A stretch of 64,000 bases of DNA, from contig OZ076409.1 in NCBI GenBank assembly GCA_964187785.1, positions 36,396,001-36,460,000 on the forward strand, read 5' to 3'. Made by a program: the position numbers and the translations under genes. The notes under the pieces are model-generated. The model searched no databases, was not told the DNA's origin, and saw only the letters and a program-made list of their open reading frames with translations. Below, piece by piece: positions 25,101 to 37,699 of the stretch. The first letter of the stretch is position 1. Every line of letters begins with the position of its first letter. Source of the DNA: Amphiscolops sp. MND2022 (Eukaryota).

Positions 25101-27458
25101 CAGCCTTATATTCTGTCAAAGCTCACGATCGAATAAACAAACAGACTACGATTAGTTCTGAAAGTAGTTATAAAGTCAGTTGAGTGAAATTTGGATAATA
25201 TTGCTTTGAATTAAAAACACAGACGATGTAATTTAATCTTGAGCAACGAACAGTTAATTTAAACCCAAACTGTGAAATAACGGAAGTTACTGAAGTATTC
25301 ATGTGAAAATGTTTTTTCGATTTTTTTTTCATGGAATTTTTGAGCACTATCGCATCAGCAGAACCCATCTGTACTATCGCTTCAGCAAAAGTTCTTACTT
25401 TATTTTTTCTTTAAATGACTTCAGATCTGGGGATTATCCTATGCCAGATTTAACACTAGTCCTGATATTTTGAAATAAAGAAAAATTTGGTATAGTTTTT
25501 ATCAATATTTAGGAAGATCTTGTTAGGTTCTCGATAAAAGTTCAAATTTGCATGTATGTTGTCGGTTCCAGGTTCCTGTGGGGAGTGGGATCGTTTGGGT
25601 TGGGGTACGTACTGCCACTGATAACGATCAGCGTATGCTACGCCCTCATCTTCTGGGACCTGAACAAGACTGCAGCTAATGCTGGCAACTCTAATGTTGA
25701 TCGCACCACTACCAAGCTCGTCAAGATTGTCCTCGCCATCATCGTTGCATTCGTGATCAGGCATGAACTATCCAGCATTTTGAAAAAACAAGCCGGGAAC
25801 GGCCCAAGTCGGCGCCATATCTAAGGCTCAAAAAGAGCAAAAGGACTTCAAAATGACCAAGTATTGGTGAATTAGGGACCCTTTTATGAAAAAAAATTGA
25901 AAAAAGTCTCACAATGCCGAAAAAACTGAAAGGGAGGACATTTTGGGATTTTTCATCCATTCTGTCGGAAAATGTCAAAAAATTGAAGGGGGACCCTTTG
26001 GTGAATTTTTTTTTCGAAAAAAAGTCTCACAGAGCCGAAAATACTGTAAGGGCCCCGTTGGCCCCGTTGAGTTTCTTAGATGATGTAAAAATACTACTTG
26101 GTAAGCTAAGTAAGAATTGTAAGAAATGGTAAGATTGTAAGAATTGTAAGAAAAGTGGACCATTCTGAGAGAGATTGTCAGCTGAAAAAAAACTACCCAC
26201 TGTAATAGTCGGGCTTATTTCCTTAAGGGAAAAGGCGCCGTCTAAAAAACATGGAAAAGATCAACAGAATCACCGGCAAATTTCAGCAAGTTTGTACAAT
26301 TCAAAATAGCAATTCAAAGTGAAGTATCAACTATAAAAACAAGTTTTATATAGCTCACTATTCTCTAAATTCCAACTGCTAACACGCCGGAACAACCCAA
26401 GCTTACACTTCACCTATAAAATCTACTGAATATGCTCTGGGTTTGTTTTTTTTAAGAAAAAATGAAGGGTTCAACAGCGCGAAAAATAATAGTGGGGCGC
26501 CAAAAAATTACACTTTACGCTCAGAAAGGCCTTCATTCAAGTGAAAAATTTGGAACAGGAACCTTTGGTCTCAATTAGTTTTTCAAATCACGTACAATTG
26601 TGAAGTATTCAAAAGAAGGATCCAGAAATATTTGAATAAAATTTTTTAAGGTCTTGCAAGAAAAATGCATTTTCTTTATACTTGAAAAAATCTGACACTA
26701 TCCATCCTTTTGTTGAACTCCTTGCAATACTGCAGTACATGTACTGCATTTTTGTCGAAAATCTTGCGAGAATCTTTCAACAACTTTATTTCCTTGCAAA
26801 ATCTTAGAAGGAGAATGTTTCGGATCCATAGAATATTTTCGAAGGATCATATTTTGTTGTCAGAGTTTTGCACGGATTACATTTTCTTGCAAAATTTTTC
26901 AAGGAATTCATCAAAGGTGAAGACTTTTTTTATTTAGTCCAGACTAAAAGACACATTGAGAAAAATCCATTCAGTTTTACAAATGCTATGTCTGGGCTAC
27001 TAATGCTGCTTCACACAATCGTGACCGTGATTGTAATATATCTAAAAAAACACTAACTGTTGTAAAAAGCGATGCAATCAAAATACACTCTATCATGCCT
27101 GTCTGTAACCAGCTGGACTCCGTTCTACTTCACTGTGTTTTTCATCGACGGACTCCAAATTTCCAAGAAGTTGAAGCAGCGCATCTTCGAGTTCAGCGTG
27201 GGCGCAATCTACATTCACCCATGCATAAACCCCCTGATTTTCATGTGCAGCTCGGAACAGTTCCAGAAACATGCTTGCACTCTTTTTAGAAAATTCAACT
27301 TCAGAAACCGTGGCGGGGAGTCCCTGAACGCCAATGGACTGGCTACATGTACTGACTTCATGACAATGGATTCGAAGCGCCGCCCAGCGGAAGAAAAGTT
27401 AGAGGCACCGCCAAACAATCCTCTGAAGAAGTCAAACAGCGCCCAGTCTGAATGTTGA
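18798..27458 (+). CDS. Class A GPCR, peptide-receptor-like (somatostatin/allatostatin/opioid-type), 5 exons
   Basis: Exons 18798-18964, ~20108-20358, 24783-25029, 25572-25760, 27113-27458 with compatible phases. Motifs: NMFILNLTISDLL, WTLGVFLCK, SIERY, YVLPL, SWTP, INPLIF. N-glycosylation sites in the N-terminus. Confidence 0.9.
19133..19160 (+). repeat. (AAT)n microsatellite
   Basis: About nine TAA units in GPCR intron 1. Confidence 0.9.
19461..20005 (+). mobile_element. Non-autonomous repeat with subterminal inverted repeats (Helentron/DINE-like)
   Basis: 5' AACAAGCGGGGAACGGCCCAAGTCGGCGCC, 3' GCGTCGACTAAAAA; homologous to 25787-26249. Confidence 0.6.
25787..26249 (+). mobile_element. Non-autonomous repeat with subterminal inverted repeats (Helentron/DINE-like)
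   Basis: AGTCGGCGCC (25807) inverted to GGCGCCGTCT (26234), plus a 3' hairpin-forming end. A-rich boundaries; no clear TSD. Confidence 0.6.
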
Positions 27459-29030
27459 ACTGTGGATGTTAAAGAACCAGACTTTGAATGTTTAATTTTA
27501 AATCCTAATTATTACCACTGCCCAAATCCAAACTTTGAGGGTTTCGCTCTGAAACTTTCGGTCACCGTGAGTCCCAGTGGTTCAGAAAACTTCAATATTT
27601 TAAATTAGTTCTCAAATGAGAACCTGGAGTGTTCGTTGTAGTTTACAGCATTACTAGTTCTCCCTCCTAGTCGGGATAGATCGAAAAGACTTTTAGAAAT
27701 GATAAGATTTTCGAATATCCAAAAATCATTTGCTATTTTTTGCGGAATTGTTTGAACGGTCTGGGGTCATTTTCAAAAACACAGTTATATCATCACGAAA
27801 AATTCATCATTGAAAAATTTCGGTTGCGAAGGAAATCAAATTGGATCAATTTTCCGACTATGTCATGTTTCGAGATACCAACCCTTTATTTGTGTAAATT
27901 TGTTGCAATGTAAATTTCTGTCGTCACTTATTAAAATATCATTTATGAGTCGTAAATGTCCTCACTTTCCCTTGCATATAATCCACCTCAACTGCTATAT
28001 TCTGAAGTTTTTGTGCATTCAATGTCACAATAGTTCTTTATTGCGACCTCTCAACTATAATTAATGCATGCTCTTATTCATTCTGTTTGGCATTTATGTC
28101 ATAAATTATCCATTGTTGAAAAAGCAGAAAAGCCATTCATTCGCTTTTGCTTCAGCTTGCCTCCAATTGCTAATAGTTTCGTTGTTTTAACAGCCCCGCC
28201 GGTCACTTTCGGGAAGAGTAGCTACTAACGTGATAGTTCGGGAAAATATTTGGCTCTGCGAGAAAAAACTAAAACCTGAAAATGAAGTTGGTGCTTTGAA
28301 TTGAATATGTTGGCTCCGCTCACTTTTTGTGAAGAACATTTTTGTCAATTGAATGTTGCAATGAAATCCTTTATTTCCTCAATTATATCATTCATGAATT
28401 TGATGTTAGCTGTCTTGTGGTGAAATTACACTCAATGTTTAATTTATTGTTGGCTTAATTTTTTAAAAGTTCTGGGGAATAGCAAAGACTAAAAGAATCA
28501 AAATTAATGAAATGAAAACATAAGAAATACAAACGTTGGAGGGGTTTATACAGAAAATTACTATGGAAGTAGTATCTACGCTATAAGTTCTCGTCATCTT
28601 TAAACTTCATGACTTCTTAAAAAATTGCACAAATGGCAACTTGCTCGAGTAAATACCCCACGGAAACCTCATCGATCGTTTTGCCATAAGGCACCAACAG
28701 TATCATGACAGAATTCAGTACGATATAAGATATGCTCACAAATCATAATAATCCCAACTTTTTATTTTCCGCCCATATTTGATATGGGAAAGGAAAATAT
28801 TTAAATCAGCCGCGTTTTTTACCCCAAAATTTGCCATATTCCAAATTTCTGAAAAAATTGAAGGGCGTCACCCAAACAATTCAACCAACACAAATTCATT
28901 TTCATGCTATGTGTATTTGAAAAGATTTTTGGGTATGACTTTCTTGGGCATGACCAAAATGACCCAAAAAATGCAAAATTTTCTAATTTTTAAGAATGTT
29001 AATGCAAGTTTTGTCAAATTTCGACATACT

Positions 29031-30822
29031 TGGTGACTAAAAATGTTAAAAACGTCCAAAAAAGAAAGAATTTATTGTCCAAGAGATTTTTTCGAGGAAA
29101 CAAATGCAGTTTTTCATTGAATATTGCCTCAAATTGAGACTGAAATTGACAAAATTTTTTTAAAAAACTGCGACAAGTTTTTTGCAACTTTTGACCCACT
29201 TTCGATAGTTTTCGAAGCTTAGATACGTAGATCGTTTGCATAGGTACAAACAATAAACAAGAAAAAAATCGTTTTCCAGTAGACTTTTGAGAATAGATGA
29301 ATGCATTTGTTGCAAACAAATGCCTCGTAACGACGCCGAAAAATCCAAAAACATTCAGTTTTATGTCGATTTCTATACAATTTGTGTACAATTTCACAGG
29401 TTAGAGGGTTCGAAACAATCAAAGATGAACGATCTAGCTTTACAGTACGCCTTTTTGAATAAAAACTTGCAGTGTTTTGCTTCGACAACATTTCAGGAAG
29501 GCACCAATGAGACGAAAAATTGCGGAAGTTCAGTTCTTTGAACGTTTTGTGGTTAGATAATTGGAACCGCTCAAAAGGGACTTAAATTGTTATCCAATAC
29601 GTTTTTTTGAAGAGATATCCGCATGCTTATGTCAGAAAAAAACTCGAAAACTTCAACTTTGTCTGTTCCTTGTGCTTTTTGTACATATCTGAATAATTTT
29701 TCGTTAGTTAGAGTGTTTGATAGGCTCCCAGCGGGTTATCGAGCCAAACAGTACGCCTTTCAGGAGAAATTTTGCAAGTTTTGGGTAGAAAAAAACAGAT
29801 TGACAAAAACAGTTTAAAATCGTAAACTATTTGAACACTCGAAACGTTTGGACGTTTTTTAAAAACAAATTCTGTCAAATTTTCTAGAAATTCTGTCTGT
29901 TGAAAATACGAGAACAATCAACAACAAAAGATGGTGACTAAAAATGTTAACGTCCAAAAAGGAAAGAATTTATTGTCCAAGAGATTTTTTCGAGGAAACA
30001 AATGCAGTTTTTCATTGAATATTGCCTCAAATTGAGACTGAAATTGACAAAATTTTTTAAAAAACTGCGACAAGTTTTTTGCAACTTTTGACCCACTTTC
30101 GATAGTTTTCGAAGCTTAGATACGTAGATCGTTTGCATAGGTACAAACAATAAACAAGAAAAAAATCGTTTTCCAGTAGACTTTTGAGAATAGATGAAGG
30201 CATTTGTTGCAAACAAATGCCTCGTAACGACGCCGAAAAATCCAAAAACATTCAGTTTTATGTCGATTTCTATACAATTTGTGTACAATTTCACAGGTTA
30301 GAGGGTTCGAAACAATCAAAGATGAACGATCTAGCTTTACAGTACGCCTTTTTGAATAAAAACTTGCAGTGTTTTGCTTCGACAACATTTCAGGAAGGCA
30401 CCAATGAGACGAAAAATTGCGGAAGTTCAGTTTTTTGAACGTTTTGTGGTTAGAATATTGGAACCGCTCAAAAGGGACTTAAATTGTTATCCAATACGTT
30501 TTTTTGAAGAGATATCCGCATGCTTATGTCAGAAAAAAACTCGAAAACTTCAACTTTGTCTGTTCCTTGTGCTTTTTGTACATATCTGAATAATTTTTCG
30601 TTAGTTAGAGTGTTTGATAGGCTCCCAGCGGGTTATCGAGCCAAACAGTACGCCTTTCAGGAGAAATTTTGCAAGTTTTGGGTAGAAAAAAACAGATTGA
30701 CAAAAACAGTTTAAAATCGTAAACTATTTGAACACTCGAAACGTTTGGACGTTTTTTTAAAACAAATTCTGTCAAATGTTCTAGAAATTCTGTCTGTTGA
30801 AAATACGAGAACAATCAACAAC
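29031..30822 (+). repeat. Tandem duplication of a ~0.9-kb non-coding unit
   Basis: 29031-29931 and 29932-30822 are near identical; the spurious ORFs are duplicated with a ~897-nt offset. Confidence 0.92.
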
Positions 30823-33800
30823 GAAAACGTGATACTAAGTAGACTCTTTGTACAAATGCGGTTTCTTGTAAAAACAGGTGAATCAAAGCGACCCCAAAAC
30901 AGTCAAAATTTTCCAATTTTGGACAGTTCCGGTGATTTTCATTTCAAATTAGGAAACTTCGGCGAGTTAAAAGCTTGAGAAAAACAAAACGATATGTCTA
31001 GTTCGCATCACGCTTTTTAAAGAGAATCTTCATGATAGAAAAACTAAAAATTACCACAGAAAGTTCAGATGGATCCAGCTTACTTTTTGAAAGCTCAACA
31101 GCGACTGAGCTCGGTATCCAGTAGTAGTTTTTGTAGGTTGAATCACAATTTCCTTATAGAATTTTCCTCAAAAACACCGCAAAGTCAAAAAAGGTCGAAA
31201 AACTGTTTTTTGACAAAATAGCCACTTTGCCTTCACTTCACAATATTGTTTTGTAGATTAGAACTTCCATTGACGTGAACACTGAAACAATAGGCTATTC
31301 AAACCGCCCTTTGGGAAAAAATGGAGGTTTATATTTCGAAACTTCTCATTCATCGACCACAATTTTCCATTTCTGTACTATTCCTGAAATTTTCTCGAAA
31401 GAAAGTACATAGAATCAGAATTGAACCTTGAAGCTACCAGTGCTGGTCTGTAAAGGCATTTGCACACTGCAAATGAATTTCAGAAACACTTAGAAAAAAA
31501 ACTTCCTCAAAAACATAGGTTTTTTGGCGTGTTTCCTAAATTTTTTGTTTTCATCAAGAACCAAACGAAATAGCTACCAACGCAGTACGCAAAAAGAATG
31601 GAAGTTTTCCAGGTAGCAACAATACTTGTTGTTACTTGTGGCCTGCATTATTGGAGCCTAACGAAAGTTATTTAGGATGAACGAATCTAACAGTTTCGTG
31701 TCTTTGGTCTACCTGCGGGTATAGACCTACTGGTTGGTCTAAAACGATAAGGCAATCAATTTTACGCGAATGATTTTTAAAACTAGGAACAAAATTGGGT
31801 ATTCATCTTCTGGAATCAGTCTGCCGGAGATCGGCTAACTGGTCAACCATCTCTGGTGAACCTTTGATTTGACAAACGCACAATTCTGCCTCTCTACTTA
31901 CATCAACTTGTATCAACGTACTTTTCAACATCAACGTCCATTATTTCAAAATGACTGTCTTTCATTTTCAAAACAAATTTCTTTGCGCAAAGATTGACAA
32001 CGGGAGCCAAGCATAGAAAAACATACCAACCTAGCTCCTTTGGAACACCTTGAACATCCGCACCACAGTAAACAATGCATATGGTGATATCAGATGGCAT
32101 AAGATCGAATATGGCTATATACCGCGTGATTATTCGAGCTACTTCTTCTGTTCCGCAAAATCCAAAAAAATTAACTATGCCAAGTGAGACTGTCTGTTTA
32201 GAAACATACATATAGATTCCCGGGAAAATTATTTCCGTCGGAACTGGTGCTTTCGTCAGATGAGATTTTCAGTAAATCAGATCTCTTTCGGTTTGCGTCG
32301 ATATGCTTAATCAATGTGACCATCTTTTGATTTTCAGTTCCAATTTTTTATTCTACTGTGTTGGCGGTAACCTTGTCTTATTTTAACGTCTCATACATAC
32401 TCTGCAGCCTTTCCGATTTTACAATTTGATTTACAGTGAGTCTTTCGTTGAAAACTAACTTAGCCTTTTAAAGTAAACCCTGATCAGACTTTGCAATTTT
32501 CCTTAAAATTATTTCGCATTGATTTTCAGCTCGAAATTCCTGTTTCCCACACATCAACCTGCTGAACACTGGCGATATTCCGTTTTTCTTCCATATATAA
32601 ACGTAATCAGATACCCTCTCTCGCTAGCCTTCTTAGTAACCCGATACTCTATATGATCTTCGCTAATTGTGACAAGCTCAGTGCTGGAACTTTCATTTTC
32701 ATCAGTCATTCTGAATTTTTATATGTGGCAGCTACTCTGAAAATATAATTCTGGTGTTGTGTGAACTGTCACAAGTGGTGGGGCAAAACCGTTTAACGGT
32801 GAAATGAAGTTAATAAAAATCGCACTACCAACTTTCAGTGGTAATTACAGTAAGCGGATTCCATTTTTTGACTTATTTCACAATACCGTTGACCAAAATC
32901 AATCCCTCAGCAGTATTCAAAAACTACATTACCTCAAAACATCATTGAAAAGTGAACCTGCTCGTCTACTCTCGCAATTACCAGCAATGAGTGCTAATTA
33001 TGCAGTTGCCATCCAGTTGTTAAAAGAGAGATATAATAAACGAATGATAACACATACTCACCGGGATGCTCTTCAAACTCAAACCACTGAGCCGTGAATC
33101 ATCTGATCAAGAACGCAAGTTTGTTAGCGTATGAGTAGATAACACAATGGCACTCGAAGCAAAGGGTATGGACAATCAAGCGTCAGATTTCATGAAGGTA
33201 TTCTTCATCGCAATGAAATTAGATAGCGAGACAAGACGGCAATGGTAATTGCATACCACTGGCGATGGTGTTCAGACAATGGCATCCATGCGACAGTTCT
33301 TAGAGGAACCTACCCGAGCAGTAGACTTTTCTGCAATGTCTAGAAACAGCAGCGGAAGGAAACGTCAAGTGACAAAGAAGCTCGACTCTGTCATACAGGA
33401 GCAGAGTCGACTACGAAGTGTCCGAACCGCAGCTCATGCAATGTATCGTATCACTGTGACCAATTCAAGGCTCTCAGTTTTGATGAAAAAGTTGAATGTG
33501 TCAAGACCAACCACAGTAAACAATGCATATGTTGATATCAGATGGCATAAGATCGAATATGGCTTTATAACGCGTGATTAATCGAGCTATTTCTTCTGTT
33601 CCGCAAAATCCAAAAAAAATTAACTCTGCCAAGTGAGACTGTCTGTTTAGAAACATACAAATAGATTCCCAAAAAATTGTTTCCGTCGGAACTGGTGTTT
33701 TCATCAGATCAGATTTTCAGTAAATCAGATCTCTTTCGGTTTGCGTCGATATGCTTAATCTTGTGACCATCTCTTGATTTTCAGTTTCAATTTTTTAATC

Positions 33801-36800
33801 TACTGTGTTGGCGGTAACCTTTGCATATTTTAACGTCTCATACATACCCTGCAGCCTTTCCGATTTTACAATTTGATTTACAGTGAGTCCTTCCTTGAAA
33901 ACTAACTTAGCCCTTTAAAGTAAACCCTGATCAGACTTTGCAACTTTCCTAAAAGTTATTTCGCATTGATTTTCAGCTCAAAATACTTGTTTCCCACTTA
34001 TCGACTTGCTGTACACTGGCGATATTCCGTTTTTCTTCCATTGACAAACGTAATCAGATACCCTCTCTCGCTAGCCTTCTTAGTAACCCGATACTCTATA
34101 TGATCTTCACTAATTGTGCGAGCTTAGTGCTGGAACTTTCATTTTCATCAGCCATTATGAATTTTTATACGTGGCAGCAATTCTGAAAATATAATTCTGG
34201 TGTTGTGTGAACGTGTCACATGTGGTGGGGCAAAAACGTAAAGATGTAGATATAAAAATTTTTGAAAAAAATCTCGATTCTCAACTAGAATTGCTCCGAA
34301 TCTCGACTAATTCTCGGAAACTCTGATGACCGGATCATACTAGCACAACCCAAAATGCCAAATGCCCATCAGAAAGTCTACCAATCTTGTCAAAGACATG
34401 CCTGTTTTCACAACTTTGTAAGACGAGAGAAGAAAGTTTGAATGATATTCCAGACACCTACGATCAGATGTTGAGATGTGATTGCCTTTGCAACACTGAA
34501 CCTAAATTCAGTAGACATGGGAAGGTGTGCAAACCCAATCCAGTTCAACCCGGTTCAAGAACTTTGCAGCAAAAAGATTGGCCCTTCCTTTAGGGCAGAG
34601 GTCGGCTCGTCTCCTATTAAATCTATCATCGTATGCTATAATCTTATGTTTATGTTAATTTGCATGATCAGTGCCCTCAATGTTATGGACTTCAATTGAA
34701 TCTTTGATGCAATGATTTCCTCTTGTCTAGAGATACGACACTCAGCTGCTCCAATCAAAAAATGGTGAGATTTCTTAAATTCTGTTCAAATGAACATCAT
34801 GCAATTAATCTAAAGTTAACCAAAAGTTTATTTCGTCATTCATTCATTTATTCACTCATGATTCGTTATCTGTACACATTTGTTAGCTCTTTCATAGTTT
34901 TTGTGAATTTTTCTATGTTCATTCTTGTGCGGCAAAACGAGTTTGTTCATACAATTGAATTCAAAACTCTAATCAAAGCTCTCCCAACATTACAAAGCAA
35001 TACCTACAATATTTTTTGGTGCCTCGACCCGGGACTCATTTACAAGCAGAAATGACGGAATCCCTCCGACAATCACGATCAGGTCACATCAGTCCAATCA
35101 CCTGTACAGAGAATTCAATGATAGACATTTAATTGAAGTCTCCAAGTCACATTACAACAGTGGAAAAAGCAAGGTTGGAGTTTCCTTTCGACAAGTGTAA
35201 CAACCATCAAGTAAAAACTGAGGGTTTCAACGAACAAATAACCGAGTCATTCAATCAGAAGGGAGATGGTCACGGCATAGATGAAGAAATTTCTCAAGCA
35301 GAACTGCGAATCCATGATACAGACCTCAAGGTCTGTAGTCTTATCAAAGTCATTCGAGACGGTCTCGACAAAATCAGAGAAGCCTCTGAGAGACTCAGAA
35401 GATAGATGTAACAAATGCTCCGTTTCAAGAGCGCACTAGTAGTGAAATGAAGTTAATAAAAATCGCACTACCAACTTTCAGTGGTAATTACAGTAAGCGG
35501 ATTCCATTTTTTGACTTATTTCACAATACCGTTGACCAAAATCAATCCCTCAGCAGTATTCAAAAACTACATTACCTCAAAACATCATTGAAAAGTGAAC
35601 CTGCTCGTCTACTCTCGCAATTACCAGCAATGAGTGCTAATTATGCAGTTGCCATCCAGTTGTTAAAAGAGAGATATAATAAACGAATGATAACACATAC
35701 TCACCGGGATGCTCTTCAAACTCAAACCACTGAGCCGTGAATCATCTGATCAAGAACGCAAGTTTGTTAGCGTATGAGTAGATAACACAATGGCACTCGA
35801 AGCAAAGGGTATGGACAATCAAGCGTCAAATTCCATGAAGGTATACTTCATCGCAATGAAATTAGATAGCGAGACAAGACGGAAATGGTAATTGCATACC
35901 ACTGGCGATGGTGTTCAGACAATGGCATCCATGCGACAGTTCTTAGAGGAACCTACCCGAGCAGTAGTTTTTTCTGCAATGTCTGGAAACAGCAGTGGAA
36001 GGAAACGTCAAGTGACAAAGAAGCTCGACTCTGTCATACAGGAGCAGAGTCGACTACGAAGTGTCCGAACCGCAGCTCATGCAATGTATCGTATCACTGT
36101 GACCAATTCAAGGCTCTCAGTTTTGATGAAAAAGTTGAATGTGTCAAGACCAACCACAGTAAACAATGCATATGTTGATATCAGATGGCATAAGATCGAA
36201 TATGGCTTTATAACGCGTGATTAATCGAGCTATTTCTTCTGTTCCGCAAAATCCAAAAAAATTAACTCTGCCAAGTGAGACTGTCTGTTTAGAAACATAC
36301 AAATAGATTCCCAAAAAATTGTTTCCGTCGGAACTGGTGTTTTCGTCAGATCAGATTTTCAGTAAATCAGATCTCTTTCGGTTTGCGTCGATATGCTTAA
36401 TCTTGTGACCATCTCTTGATTTTCAGTTTCAATTTTTTAATCTACTGTGTTGGCGGTAACCTTTGCATATTTTAACGTCTCATACATACCCTGCAGCCTT
36501 TCCGATTTTACAATTTGATTTACAGTGAGTCTTTCGTTGAAAACTAACTTAGCCTTTTAAAGTAAACCCTGATCAGACTTTGCAATTTTCCTTAAAATTA
36601 TTTCGCATTGATTTTCAGCTCGAAATTCCTGTTTCCCACACATCAACCTGCTGAACACTGGCGATATTCCGTTTTTCTTCCATATATAAACGTAATCAGA
36701 TACCCTCTCTCGCTAGCCTTCTTAGTAACCCGATACTCTATATGATCTTCGCTAATTGTGACAAGCTCAGTGCTGGAACTTTCATTTTCATCAGTCATTC

Positions 36801-37663
36801 TGAATTTTTATATGTGGCAGCTACTCTGAAAATATAATTCTGGTGTTGTGTGAACTGTCACAAGTGGTGGGGCAAAACCGTTAAGATGTAGATATAAAAC
36901 TTATTGAAAAAAATCTCGATTCTCAACCAGAATTGCTCTCGATTCTCGACTATTTCTCGGAAACTCTGATGACCGGACCATTCTTGCTAGCACAGCCCAA
37001 AATGCCAAGTGCCCATCAGAAAGTCTACCAATCTTGTCAAAGACTTGCCTGTCTTCAGAACCTTGTAAGACAAAAGAAGAAAGTTTGAACGTTATTCCAG
37101 ACACCTCCGATCAGATGTTGAGATGTGATCGCCTTTGCAACACTGAACCTAAATTCAGTAGATATGGAGAGGTGTGCAAATCCAATCCAGCTCAGCCCGG
37201 TTCAAGGACTTTGCAGCAAAAAGATTGGCTCTTCCTTTAGGGGAGATGTCGCCTCGTCTCCTATATAATCTAACATCGTATGTTATAATCTTATGTTTAT
37301 GTTAATTTGCATGATCAGTGCCCTCAATGTTATGGACTTCAATTGAATCTTTGATGCAATGATTTCCTCTTGTCTAGAGATACGACACTCAGCTGTTCCA
37401 ATCAAAAAATGGTGAGATTTCTTAAATTCTGTTCAAATGAACATCATGCAATTAATCTAAAGTTAACCAAAAGTTCATTTCGTCATTCATTCGTTTATTC
37501 ACTCATGATTCGTTATCTGTACACATTTGTTAGCTCTTTCATAGTTTTTGTGAATTTCTCTATGTTCATTTTTGTGCGGCAAAACGAGTTTGTTCATACA
37601 ATTGAATTCAAAACTCTAATCAAAGCTCTTCCAACATTAGAAAGCAGTACTTACAATATTTTT

Positions 37664-37681
37664 TGGTGCCGCGACCCGGGA
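37664..37681 (+). promoter_or_regulatory. BEL/Pao primer-binding site (tRNA-Phe-like); second copy at ~35017
   Basis: TGGTGCCGCGACCCGGGA resembles the complement of the tRNA-Phe 3' end (TGGTGCCGAAACCCGGGA). Confidence 0.6.
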
Positions 37682-37699
37682 CTCATTTACAAGCAGAAA

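Noticed and set aside
29014..30978. Paired ORFs in the 0.9-kb duplication
   Set aside because: Low-complexity AT-rich translations without motifs; duplicated only because the DNA is.
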